DNA of 64,000 nucleotides from an uncultured Lentisphaeraceae bacterium (GCA_949282555.1 CASDPK010000003.1:6865-70864), one strand, 5' to 3'. Numbered from the stretch's first letter, positions 52,163 to 61,387 are shown. Numbers and translations are program-made. The notes: generated from the letters alone by a model not told the origin.

Positions 52163-52296
52163 CATATTGAGGGGATGGTAACTTTGGTCGTTTTTGGGGC
52201 GAAAGGTTGGGTGAATCGTTCACAACGGTGTTGCGCACTTCTAGAGCCGAAGCGAAGGAAGAGAAAAGATGGACGGGCTTTGGGCAAAGTAACGCG
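52163..52296. repeat. Direct repeat copy 2 (~134 bp), 5' of the bPH_2 gene
   Basis: See copy 1. Confidence 0.9.
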
Positions 52297-52306
52297 GGAC
52301 GGCTCT

Positions 52307-53482
52307 CTACAACTTTGGCCTTGTCGCGAAATCGCTGTAGGGTTCATAGTCGTTAACCGTAAAAGCGATGCTATAGCATTTGCGCCCTAGGTCATCTATT
52401 GTGTGTTCATTGGTGATTTTGACGGAGTCAATGCCGTAAATGTTAAGGTCCTCCATCGTAACGAGGGTGCCTTCGGCTTTACGAAGTACTTGACGCAAAA
52501 GCCATTTCCCAAGTGCGGCATTGGGGGCGCTCATTAGTGCCTTGGAGCCCTCTTGGCAAACTTTTGCTGTAAGGACTTCGCCGTGAGGAAGGCGAAGAGC
52601 GAAGTGTTCATCGCGTGGCGGAAAGAAGCCTGGGTGGAGTGTATGGATTCGTTTGGGAATGGGAATATAAACCTCGTTAAAGTCACGCGGGCGTCCCTCT
52701 GCGTTCCATTGGTTAAGCCCACTTCGTTCCGGAACACTAGGTAACTTTCCGCGTGTGCTATAAAGTGGGAGAATGACATAGTCTTTGGGAAGAGTTTTTA
52801 TAGGGAGATAAGGCGATGATTTTTCCCCTCTGAGAACAGCAAGCAACAGTCGTAACGGGTCTTCAAGGATGTTTACCGGAATTGGGACTGTTCCAACTGT
52901 TGGGACGTGGAACCGTTTTAAGAGAACGCTCTTACTTCGATTGAAGTTGTACTCATTTTTACCGTCATCAAAAGTAATCCCCGCAGTATTCGTCTTTGTG
53001 ATACAAAGTGCGTTGAGGTCTATTGGTTCATAAGGAACATTAAAAAGAAGTAAACCTCCTTCGGTGCGCCCAACGATATGATAAATACTTTGAGTGGTTT
53101 TATAAATGTTGTCTGCGGCTTGAATGCGCGTATTGCGAAAGGAACCAAGTTTTCGGGCGAGATCAAGACCGTCGAGTGGGTCAAGTTCAGCCTTGAGCTT
53201 ATTGAATTCTGCCACCTTTTCAAAAGAGGGGGCCGCCTTGAGAAGAAAGGTTTTGATGCCAACGCCTAGTGAGCCGATCCTTGCGTCATAGGCTGTACAT
53301 GATCGGGCATCGTTGATGGCTTGGAAGAATGTACAGAAGAGATTTTCCGTGAGGCGATAGTCAAGGAAGGGCTGTGAACTTTCCGAAAAGAGTTTAGAAA
53401 GGCTGGCCAGTGCACGAAGTGCATCGAAATAGGGTGCATTCGTTTGCCAAGTGGAAAGAAACTCCTGTGCGGATGGTTTCAC
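52307..53482 (-). CDS. Putative type II restriction endonuclease (cognate of the adjacent m5C MTase)
   Basis: 391-aa low-GC ORF. GTG start overlaps the MTase stop (GTGA). No recognisable family motif. The call rests on position only. Confidence 0.4.
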   Translation of the reverse strand: MKPSAQEFLSTWQTNAPYFDALRALASLSKLFSESSQPFLDYRLTENLFCTFFQAINDARSCTAYDARIGSLGVGIKTFLLKAAPSFEKVAEFNKLKAELDPLDGLDLARKLGSFRNTRIQAADNIYKTTQSIYHIVGRTEGGLLLFNVPYEPIDLNALCITKTNTAGITFDDGKNEYNFNRSKSVLLKRFHVPTVGTVPIPVNILEDPLRLLLAVLRGEKSSPYLPIKTLPKDYVILPLYSTRGKLPSVPERSGLNQWNAEGRPRDFNEVYIPIPKRIHTLHPGFFPPRDEHFALRLPHGEVLTAKVCQEGSKALMSAPNAALGKWLLRQVLRKAEGTLVTMEDLNIYGIDSVKITNEHTIDDLGRKCYSIAFTVNDYEPYSDFATRPKL

Positions 53483-54702
53483 GATAGCTCCATCACTTTA
53501 AGCATTTCGGCACAGACTGCCTGAACGAGAGGAACAACCACGGAGTTCCCTGCTTGTTTGTATTTGGCGGATAGGGGAATAGTTTCTGGGAAGTCATAGT
53601 TCTTGGGAAAGCCTTGGAAGTTAAGGCATTCTTTAGGGGAAAGCTTGCGGATAAGGTTGTTCCGAATAATCAGCGGGACATTGTGCCCCCCGGTTCCCAT
53701 ATTTGCCGTAAGCGTTGGACAAACGTGGCTTTGATTTTTACGAACATACTGTCGTCGCCACTGATAAATGCTATTAGGATCGATTATCTCTTTCCGAAGT
53801 TCCTCGAAGTGTGACATCGCTTCCGTGTAAACAAGCCGCGGATCTTTAAGTTGGGCATCGATACAGTCATGAATGGTTCGTGTAAGTAGTTGTTTTTTAG
53901 GGAATTGAAACGTATTACAACGTGGAACTCGCATTGGATCAAAGCAGATGATAAAGAGCCGTTCACGGTTCTGGGGAACGTTCGCATACACCATTGCATT
54001 CATCACCTTGTGAAAGACGCAATAGCCCAGTTGGCGGAGTGTTCGGTGAATAACTTCGAACGTTTTACCTCTATTGTGGGAGGTAAGGTTCTTCACATTC
54101 TCCAAGAAGACAGCCTTTGGATGTTTGGTCTTGAGAATCTCAGCGATGTCATAAAACAGTGTCCCTCGCGTGTCATCAAACCCTTTTTGATAACCGGCAA
54201 TAGAAAAGGGTTGGCATGGAAATCCCCCGAAAAGGCAATCGAATCCTTCGGGGATTGCCGCCTTGGTCTCCGCGTGGGTAATATCACCATATGGTACCTC
54301 ACCGAAGTTATGGCAATAGGTCTTTTGTGCATTGATGTCAAACTCGGAGGAAAAAACACACCGCCCACCGAGTGCTTGTGCCGCCAAGCGAAAACCTCCG
54401 ATTCCCGCGAAAAGATCAACGAACATGAATCGATTTTCCGTCGGACGAAATGGCGCATCCTGCCGTTCAAAGAGACCTTCTTGGACGTTTATCTGATGTA
54501 ACGACTGAAAGTGTTTTTGGGGCAACTTTTCAATAGGTATATTTGAGGCTGTCGCTTTCTTTTCCAATGTGTTGGATTTTGAATCGGAAATCAAACAGCT
54601 ACGCAGTAATTTCAAGTCCCCATGCTCATTCTGTTGGGTAGAAACCGAATGCGTGTTTTTTTTGCCTTTTACGTGTGGCCTTTGACCTCCCGAAGAAGAC
54701 AT
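53479..54702 (-). CDS. DNA (cytosine-5)-methyltransferase
   Basis: Motif I FAGIGGF, motif IV GFPCQPFS, motif VI ENV and motif VIII QNRERLF. 92-aa N-terminal extension containing an A8 run. Confidence 0.88.
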   Translation of the reverse strand: MSSSGGQRPHVKGKKNTHSVSTQQNEHGDLKLLRSCLISDSKSNTLEKKATASNIPIEKLPQKHFQSLHQINVQEGLFERQDAPFRPTENRFMFVDLFAGIGGFRLAAQALGGRCVFSSEFDINAQKTYCHNFGEVPYGDITHAETKAAIPEGFDCLFGGFPCQPFSIAGYQKGFDDTRGTLFYDIAEILKTKHPKAVFLENVKNLTSHNRGKTFEVIHRTLRQLGYCVFHKVMNAMVYANVPQNRERLFIICFDPMRVPRCNTFQFPKKQLLTRTIHDCIDAQLKDPRLVYTEAMSHFEELRKEIIDPNSIYQWRRQYVRKNQSHVCPTLTANMGTGGHNVPLIIRNNLIRKLSPKECLNFQGFPKNYDFPETIPLSAKYKQAGNSVVVPLVQAVCAEMLKVMELS

Positions 54703-54734
54703 AAAGGAGCCCTCCTAAGTCATACCAGACGAGG

Positions 54735-54826
54735 CCTTAGGACGAGCCCATGACGATATAACAAAGGAGGGCATAGGCGCACCTATGCCACACCAATGCT
54801 TGCCCGTCATACAGAGTGTCCTAAGT
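54735..54826. repeat. Nested imperfect palindrome at the high-GC boundary of the R-M island
   Basis: ccttaggac...atgacg...GGCATAGG-cgca-CCTATGCC...cgtcat...gtcctaag. Confidence 0.6.
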
Positions 54827-55030
54827 TCCGTCTGAGCAAAACATTCGTGCGTTAGCACAAAACAATCTTGTGGTTTTCTCTCCACAAGTGAGGCAAAGCA
54901 TATCATAGTGATGACTCCGAAGGCAAAAGGCTTATTTGACGACTTGGGAGCCCCTTTTGTACAATAAGCGCGGAAGGGCGACGAGTAAGGTGCTTTGTCG
55001 TTCCTTGCGCCAGTGCCGTTTTGGAGTGTT

Positions 55031-55864
55031 ATGAAAAGCGTCGTCAATCAATTGTGCCAGCTTCAGGATCTCATCCTTGTGCGGGATGAGCATCGTGCCA
55101 CGGGCGATGGGGCCCATTTGGCCCGCCTGAACGAAGCCATCGAAACGATGGTCCAAGCCCTTCCGCAGGATGTCGGCAGTTTCTTCCATCGGCTCGCCAA
55201 CCGCGACCATGTGATCACCTCGCCGGTGCACAATGGGTGCTGTGCCGTGTGCGGGATGCGCCTGCCCGTGAGCCAGATTCAGGCCGTGCGCCAGTGCAAG
55301 ACCATTCAGTATTGCCCCGGGTGTTCGCGGATCCTTTTCGAGGATTTGGACGCGCCGCAATGGGTGGGGGCCGCGCCGAATCGCACCGAACCGCGAAAGA
55401 ACGGGATTTCCCGTTTCTCGGCGGAGGCGCTGATGGTGCCCGACCTCGTTGCGGGGTCGGCCTCCGACGCAATCGAAATCTTGGCGGGGAAGATGGAGGC
55501 GGAGGGCTTCGTCTCCCATGCCGACAAGCTCATCACTTCGGCGATGGAGCGGGAGTCGATGCTCAGCACGGCGATGGAAAATGGGTTGGCGTTCCCGCAC
55601 GTGCGCGGCGTGGAGGGCGGTTCGCTGACGCTGGCTTGCGGCGTGAGCAAGGAGCCGTTCGCGTGGGATTCTGCGGGCACGCAGACCAACATCGTCTTTT
55701 TGATCACCATTCCCTCGGCGGTGAGTGCCTTCTATATGCGCCTGATCGCGGGATTGACGGAAGCGTTCCTCAAAGAGCCCAATCGGCGTGCGCTGTTGGA
55801 GGCGGAGACGCCTTCGGCGCTGTGGAAGGCGCTTACGCGCGCGACGCGCTACACCGTGAAGTAA
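55031..55864 (+). CDS. Fusion protein: coiled-coil/C4 zinc-ribbon N-terminal domain plus PTS EIIA(Ntr)/PtsN-like C-terminal domain
   Basis: CAVCGMRLP...CPGCSRILF zinc ribbon. The C-terminal region has an EIIA-2 fold with GLAFPHVRG (phospho-His site). Confidence 0.65.
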   Translation: MKSVVNQLCQLQDLILVRDEHRATGDGAHLARLNEAIETMVQALPQDVGSFFHRLANRDHVITSPVHNGCCAVCGMRLPVSQIQAVRQCKTIQYCPGCSRILFEDLDAPQWVGAAPNRTEPRKNGISRFSAEALMVPDLVAGSASDAIEILAGKMEAEGFVSHADKLITSAMERESMLSTAMENGLAFPHVRGVEGGSLTLACGVSKEPFAWDSAGTQTNIVFLITIPSAVSAFYMRLIAGLTEAFLKEPNRRALLEAETPSALWKALTRATRYTVK

Positions 55865-55919
55865 GCTTTATCCGCTGAGGGCGCGTCCACGCTTGCAGAG
55901 GGGCGCGGATGCGGAATCT

Positions 55920-57164
55920 TCAGCAATCAAACTCCGGAGGACAAGGGATGTCTTCCGGGGTTTCTGTTTTCTGGGAGGGAGTGGCAGACGCTTCGGTTGG
56001 CGTGGTGGGCGTCATTCGTTGCCGCAGTTTGTCGAGGGTGTGACAGAGGCGCTCCAGCCGTTCGCGGGGATGGGCATTGCCTTCGGCGTGGGCAAAGAGA
56101 TCGTCGGGATCGAGCGGGGAAGGCGTGTCGGTGAGGTTTTCCGCGCCGAATCCGATGAGGCGGACCGGCGTCTCCGTTTCCAAATGCCGCTCCAGCAGGG
56201 CCCACGCGAGATCGCGCAAGGCAAAGTCGTCACAGACCGGCACGGGGAAGGGGGCCTGACGGGTGACCGTGCGGAAGCCGGCGTAACGGATCTTGATCCG
56301 CCCGGTTTTGGCCCAAAGCCCATGCCGGCGAAGACGGCGGCCGACATCTTCCGCCAAGGCGCGCAGGTCGCGGCGGAGCGCCTCACGATCGAGCGTGTCT
56401 TCGGGGTAGGTGTGTTCCCGGGAAAAACTTTTGTCTTCGTGTTCGGGTTCGACCGGGCGGGTGTCGCGTCCGAAGGCGATTGCCATCAGATGTTCGCTTT
56501 GGGCGGGCGTGACCAGGGCCCGGAGGCGTGTGGGGTCTGCGCATTGGAGGTCGCGCACCGTTTGGAATCCTGCGCGGCCGAGGGTTTCGGCCAGCCGGGG
56601 CCCCACGCCCCAAAGGGCACGGACGCTCTTCCCCCCGAGCCAGGCAAGGAGGGCTTGCGGGGCCTTGGGCACCACAAACAGACCGTTGGGCTTCCGCTCC
56701 TCGCTGGCGAGTTTGGCCAAAAACTTGTTGGGGGCCACGCCAACGCTGCACGTGAGGCCCAGGGTGTCAAGAATCCGCTGCTTGAGGTGCTGGGCGATCG
56801 TTTCCGGAGGGCCGAAGAGACGTTGCGCGCCCGAGACGTCGAGGAAGGCTTCATCCACGCTCAGCCCCTCGACCCATGGGGTCACGTCTCCGAAGATGCG
56901 AAAGATGGCGGCGCTCGCCTCTTGATAGCGCTTCATCCGCGGGCGCACGAAAATCCCTTGGGGGCAGAGTTCGTAGGCCTGACGCGAGGGCATGGCCGAG
57001 CGCACGCCGAAGCGTCGGGCCTCGTAGGAACAGGTGGAAACGACGCCCCGGGCATCCGGCGGCGCCCCGACAATGACGGGCTTCCCGCGCCATTCCGGGT
57101 GGTCGTGCTGCTCCACCGAGGCGTAGAAGGCGTCCATGTCCACATGCAGAATGGCCCGTTCCAT
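55920..57164 (-). CDS. dinB: DNA polymerase IV (Y-family)
   Basis: MERAILHVDMDAFYASVE...SYEARRFGV. The little-finger domain is present. Pro/Thr-rich C-terminal tail. Confidence 0.9.
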   Translation of the reverse strand: MERAILHVDMDAFYASVEQHDHPEWRGKPVIVGAPPDARGVVSTCSYEARRFGVRSAMPSRQAYELCPQGIFVRPRMKRYQEASAAIFRIFGDVTPWVEGLSVDEAFLDVSGAQRLFGPPETIAQHLKQRILDTLGLTCSVGVAPNKFLAKLASEERKPNGLFVVPKAPQALLAWLGGKSVRALWGVGPRLAETLGRAGFQTVRDLQCADPTRLRALVTPAQSEHLMAIAFGRDTRPVEPEHEDKSFSREHTYPEDTLDREALRRDLRALAEDVGRRLRRHGLWAKTGRIKIRYAGFRTVTRQAPFPVPVCDDFALRDLAWALLERHLETETPVRLIGFGAENLTDTPSPLDPDDLFAHAEGNAHPRERLERLCHTLDKLRQRMTPTTPTEASATPSQKTETPEDIPCPPEFDC

Positions 57165-57205
57165 GGGGCCATTATAGCACGCGGCGGGCGCCGCGCCGCG
57201 TGTGT

Positions 57206-57769
57206 TTAGGGGAGATGGCGAAGGATGCGGGCCGGATTGCCCGCGGCGACGACGTTGGGCGGGAGGTCGCGCGTCACCACGCTGCCGGCCCCAACGACGG
57301 TGTTGGCGCCGATGGTGACGCCGGGGAGCACGGTGACGTTGCCCCCGAGCCAGACGTTGTCTTCCAGCACGATGGGGGCCGCACGTTCGCGATCCGTCAG
57401 CCGTTCGGCAGGGTCGATGGGGTGGATGGCCGTGTAAAACGAACAATTGGGGCCACAGAGGACGTGTTCGCCCAAGGTGATGGGCGCGCAGTCCAGGAAG
57501 GTGCAGCCGTAGTTGAGAAAGGTGCGTGCGCCAAGGCTGATGTTCCGCCCGTAATCGCATCGGAAGGGCTGTTCAACGCAAACGTTTTCGCCCATGGCCC
57601 CCAAGAGGGTGCGCAACAAAGCCCTACGGCCGGCGGTGTCGTCCGGTGGGAGGGCGTTGTATTGGGCACAGAGGCATTGGGCCTTGAGACGCTCGGGGGC
57701 AAGGCGTTCGGGGGCGTACCACGCGCCTGTGATCATCTTTTGGTATTCCACTTCGTCCATGGGGGCCAT
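57206..57769 (-). CDS. Hexapeptide-repeat O-acetyltransferase (maltose/galactoside acetyltransferase-like)
   Basis: The N-terminal Mac motif and left-handed beta-helix hexapeptide repeats match the family. Start is uncertain (57769, 57760 or TTG 57805). Confidence 0.75.
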   Translation of the reverse strand: MAPMDEVEYQKMITGAWYAPERLAPERLKAQCLCAQYNALPPDDTAGRRALLRTLLGAMGENVCVEQPFRCDYGRNISLGARTFLNYGCTFLDCAPITLGEHVLCGPNCSFYTAIHPIDPAERLTDRERAAPIVLEDNVWLGGNVTVLPGVTIGANTVVGAGSVVTRDLPPNVVAAGNPARILRHLP

Positions 57770-58069
57770 TATAGGTGGATTCTCGTGGGGCGGCAAGTTG
57801 GCCAAAGGGCGCCGTGGCGATTGGGAAGGCGCACGAGGGCCGTTGAGGAGATACGGAGCCTTTCAAGGGAAGACATAGTGCATCTCCACCAAAGATACGG
57901 AGCCTTCCGCATGGAGGCGCAGGGAAGGCTACGCCCACGGAGGCAAGGAAAACACACAATCCATTCCCTCTTTGCCGTATTGAACGGTATACACTCTGTT
58001 GTGCGGATGGGGATAGGTGTGTGGTACACTTGAATCGTCGTTCGTTCGGTGAAATGGAAGGAGTGCCAA

Positions 58070-58342
58070 ATGTTTCCAAAATTGTTGTTTTTCGTTTGGC
58101 GAATGGTGATGGACTTCTTTTTTGGGGTAGGCCTTTTTGTCTTTCTCTCGCTCTTGGGGGTTCCGCTGTTCTCGCAGGAGACGATTCTTGTCAATGACTC
58201 ATTCCTGTATGTCCTATTCGAGGCAGGGGGATACGCGGCCTTCTATCTGCTATTTGGGACATGTTGCGGTATTTTCGTTTGTTGCTTGGACTGTTATATC
58301 CTAATTTCCAAGAAAGTCATCGAAGGGGAGTGCGGAAAATGA
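58070..58342 (+). CDS. Small hypothetical membrane protein (2 TM, Cys-rich tail)
   Basis: RBS ggaaggag lies 6 nt upstream. The gene is low-GC. Confidence 0.5.
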   Translation: MFPKLLFFVWRMVMDFFFGVGLFVFLSLLGVPLFSQETILVNDSFLYVLFEAGGYAAFYLLFGTCCGIFVCCLDCYILISKKVIEGECGK

Positions 58343-58692
58343 AGGCATGTTTCTTTCTTCTCGGTGTATTCTTTGGTTTTGGCGTGTCGATGTTGTTTTT
58401 GTCATATCAGTCTTCCCGTTTGCCAACCGATCGTGAGAACCTTGCCACAGCCATTCTTTTGAGAAAAGACATTGCCCATATCGAGGCAGCGCATTCCCAA
58501 AAGAATGCACGCGACTATGCCCAGTGGACGTCCGTTTATTTTTCCGGTCGGACGGCATGGGGAGAGGTTTTGCCGCCGGTCATTCAAGACGCTACCTTTA
58601 CCTTACGTGTTCGGAAGCAATTGTATGAAAACGTTTCGCTTATTCTTGAAGGGACTGGCAAACTTCCTCCGAAGGATAAAGTAAGCCCGTAA
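58339..58692 (+). CDS. Small hypothetical N-terminally anchored membrane protein
   Basis: ATGA overlap with the previous ORF. RBS gaaggggag lies upstream. The gene is low-GC. Confidence 0.5.
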   Translation: MKACFFLLGVFFGFGVSMLFLSYQSSRLPTDRENLATAILLRKDIAHIEAAHSQKNARDYAQWTSVYFSGRTAWGEVLPPVIQDATFTLRVRKQLYENVSLILEGTGKLPPKDKVSP

Positions 58693-58870
58693 GGTGTGAA
58701 CGATTCTCCTCACGGTTGATTCGCCTCGGGGGCTCCATGGGGGCACGAGGGACTTGAGGTTTCTTTTGAGATGCCGACCTCGAACCGTGGAACGGTGAAC
58801 CACTGTTTTGATGCGTTTGCCACGGAAGCCTTCGGTTGCTTCGTTGGTCGGGAGGGAGGGGTGTGCTATA

Positions 58871-60172
58871 ATGGCGCCCATGCAATCCATTCATTTGATC
58901 GGCATTGGCGGGGTAGGGATGAGTGCCCTGGCGCAGGCGTTTTTGGACAGAGGCTGGCGTGTGAGCGGCTCGGATCGTCTGCTGGGGATGGGACAATCCA
59001 CCCCTGTCTTGGACGTGTTGCGCCGCGAGGGTGTGCGCCTGTTCCCGCAGGATGGGTCGGGCGTGGCGGAAACCTTGGATGGCGTGGTCTATTCCACGGC
59101 CATTGAGGCGGACAATCCGGACTTGCTGGCGGCGCAGGCGCGTGGTCTGCGGACGCTTCATCGCAGTGCCGCGCTTGCGTCGTTGGCGGAAGGGCATGAG
59201 CTGATTGCCGTGACGGGGACGTGCGGGAAATCGTCCGTGACGGCGCTTTTGGGGCACCTTTTGGCGGCGTGCGGACGCGATCCCTTCGTCGTGAACGGTG
59301 CGGAGGTCGTGGGGTGGGACGTCGGCGGCACGCGCGTGGGGTCTGTCCGCGCCTCCGCGCACGCACGGGGGCTCATGGTGGCGGAGGCCGATGAGTCGGA
59401 CAAATCGTTGATGGCCCTTTCGCCCACGCATGTGATTGTGACCAACGCTTCCAGTGACCACTTCCCGAAAGAGGAGGCGGAGCGGTTGTTTGGCGCGTTC
59501 AAGGCCAAGGCGCGCGGCATTGTGATTGACACTTCGGGGATGCCGCCCGAACCTTCGCCCGCCGGGGAGGGTTGGGAGGCGCGCTTCCGCTGGGAGGGGC
59601 GCGATTGGCGGTTGCCGATGCCGGGCGCGCACAATGTGGCGAATGCCAAGGCCGCGCTGGCCATGGCGTTGCGTTTGGGGTGCGACCCCGAGGCGTTGGC
59701 CGAGGCGTTGGAATCTTTCGGCGGGGTTCGCCGCCGCTTGGAGCGCACGGGGTGTTGCCGGGGGGCGACGGTGGTGGATGACTACGCGCACAATGTGGAG
59801 AAGCTCGCGGCGGCATGGACGACGCTCTCAAAGGCTTTCCCGCAGGGGGTCTTTGGCGTTTGGCGGCCCCATGGGTTTGCGCCTTTGCGCAAGATGATGG
59901 AGGGGCTCGCGGCCATGTTCAATGCCACCGTCCGCCCCTGCGATCGCCTGTTGCTCCTTCCGGTCTATGATGCCGGAGGCACGGCGGATCGTTCCGTGAA
60001 TTCGGGGGATCTGCTGGCGCGTCTCGTTTGCCCGGCGGAGGCTGTGGCTTCCTGGGCGGAGGCGGAGGATCGGTTGCGGTCGTTGGCTCGCCCCGGCTCT
60101 GCCGTGGTGCTTTTTGGCGCACGCGACCCGGAGCTCAGCGTGGTGGCCCATCGGCTTGGGCAGGAGGGTTGA
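58871..60172 (+). CDS. Mur ligase family protein (MurC/Mpl-like)
   Basis: N-terminal IHLIGIGGVGMS Rossmann domain. Central P-loop reads GTCGKSS. EADESD is present. Confidence 0.65.
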   Translation: MAPMQSIHLIGIGGVGMSALAQAFLDRGWRVSGSDRLLGMGQSTPVLDVLRREGVRLFPQDGSGVAETLDGVVYSTAIEADNPDLLAAQARGLRTLHRSAALASLAEGHELIAVTGTCGKSSVTALLGHLLAACGRDPFVVNGAEVVGWDVGGTRVGSVRASAHARGLMVAEADESDKSLMALSPTHVIVTNASSDHFPKEEAERLFGAFKAKARGIVIDTSGMPPEPSPAGEGWEARFRWEGRDWRLPMPGAHNVANAKAALAMALRLGCDPEALAEALESFGGVRRRLERTGCCRGATVVDDYAHNVEKLAAAWTTLSKAFPQGVFGVWRPHGFAPLRKMMEGLAAMFNATVRPCDRLLLLPVYDAGGTADRSVNSGDLLARLVCPAEAVASWAEAEDRLRSLARPGSAVVLFGARDPELSVVAHRLGQEG

Positions 60173-60176
60173 GGCC

Positions 60177-61265
60177 ATGCACGGGGATTCCTTTTTTCAC
60201 GCTTGGCTGCATATGGCGCTTGATATCGCGCTGGATATGGCGCCGTGGTTGCTTTTGGGGTTTGTCCTTGCCTTTTTCTGCTCCTACTTCCTCTCCGAAC
60301 GCTGGATGCGCCGCCATCTTGGCGGGCCGGGGTGGTTGCCCATCGCCAAGGCGTCCCTCTTCGGCTTGCCGCTGCCCATCTGCTCGTGCGGCGTGCTGTT
60401 GGTGGCGTTGGCGTTGCGCCGGAGCGGCGCCCGCAAGGCTCCGGTTTGCGCTTTCTTGGCCTCCACGCCGCAATCCGGGACGGATGCGTTGCTGGTGAGT
60501 TTCCCGTTGCTTGGGCCGGTGCTGACGTTGTTGCGCTTTTTGGGTGCCGTTTTGTCGGGATTCGTTGCGGGGGCTTTGGTGCGCCGTTTCGGCGTGGCGC
60601 AACCGCCGCCGCATGAGACGGAGGATCTTGCCCCCGATTGCGCGGCGCTTTGCGCCTGCCATCACCATGACCATGCGCACCCGCACCACCATGGGGAAGC
60701 GCATCACCATGAGTTCTCGGATCGGCGCGGCCGTCTGCGGGATGCGGCGACGTATGCCTTCGTGCATCTTCCCGGCGAGCTTGCCCCATTGCTGGCGCTG
60801 GGGGTGCTGATCGCCGCAGCCCTTGCCGCGGGGCTTCCGGAGGGCTTGTTGCGGGGGCTTCCGTTGGCGGCGGCTTATGTGTTGGCCGTGCTCGTGGGGA
60901 TTCCCACGTACGCTTGCTCTTTGGCCATTGTGCCTGTGGCGGCCGGATTGATGGCCCAGGGCCTCACGCCCGGCACGGCCTTCGTTTTCATGGCGTGCGC
61001 CCCGACAACGCATGTCGCCGCCTTGTTGGTGCTCGGCCGTGAACTGGGATGGCGGACGGTGCTTTGGTTTGTCGTCGGCGTTGTCGCGGTGGCGGTTGGG
61101 ATGGGGCTGCTCATTGACTTTCCGCTTGCGCGCTGGGTCGTTGTGCCGCCGTTCACCCACGGCGATGCCGCCCACGAACATTTGGCCGGAGCGTTCTTCT
61201 TGTTGCCGTTGCTGATCTTGTTTGCCAACGGCCTCCGTGTGCGGTTTGCCCGTCGCCCCGCATAA
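60177..61265 (+). CDS. DUF318/COG0701 permease with CSC motif and His-rich loop (ArsP-like)
   Basis: LPICSCGVL in TM region. Cytoplasmic loop CACHHHDHAHPHHHGEAHHH. RBS aggaggg lies upstream. Confidence 0.65.
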   Translation: MHGDSFFHAWLHMALDIALDMAPWLLLGFVLAFFCSYFLSERWMRRHLGGPGWLPIAKASLFGLPLPICSCGVLLVALALRRSGARKAPVCAFLASTPQSGTDALLVSFPLLGPVLTLLRFLGAVLSGFVAGALVRRFGVAQPPPHETEDLAPDCAALCACHHHDHAHPHHHGEAHHHEFSDRRGRLRDAATYAFVHLPGELAPLLALGVLIAAALAAGLPEGLLRGLPLAAAYVLAVLVGIPTYACSLAIVPVAAGLMAQGLTPGTAFVFMACAPTTHVAALLVLGRELGWRTVLWFVVGVVAVAVGMGLLIDFPLARWVVVPPFTHGDAAHEHLAGAFFLLPLLILFANGLRVRFARRPA

Positions 61266-61387
61266 CGGCGGGCGTGGGGCGGTGATTCGGCTTTGCGCTT
61301 GGGGAGATGCCCACGCGCGGGGCGTTGTCTGTGCCGACGGCGTGGGGCTTCGGTGCCGAGAACGCCTGTTTTTGGTATCCTTGCGCC

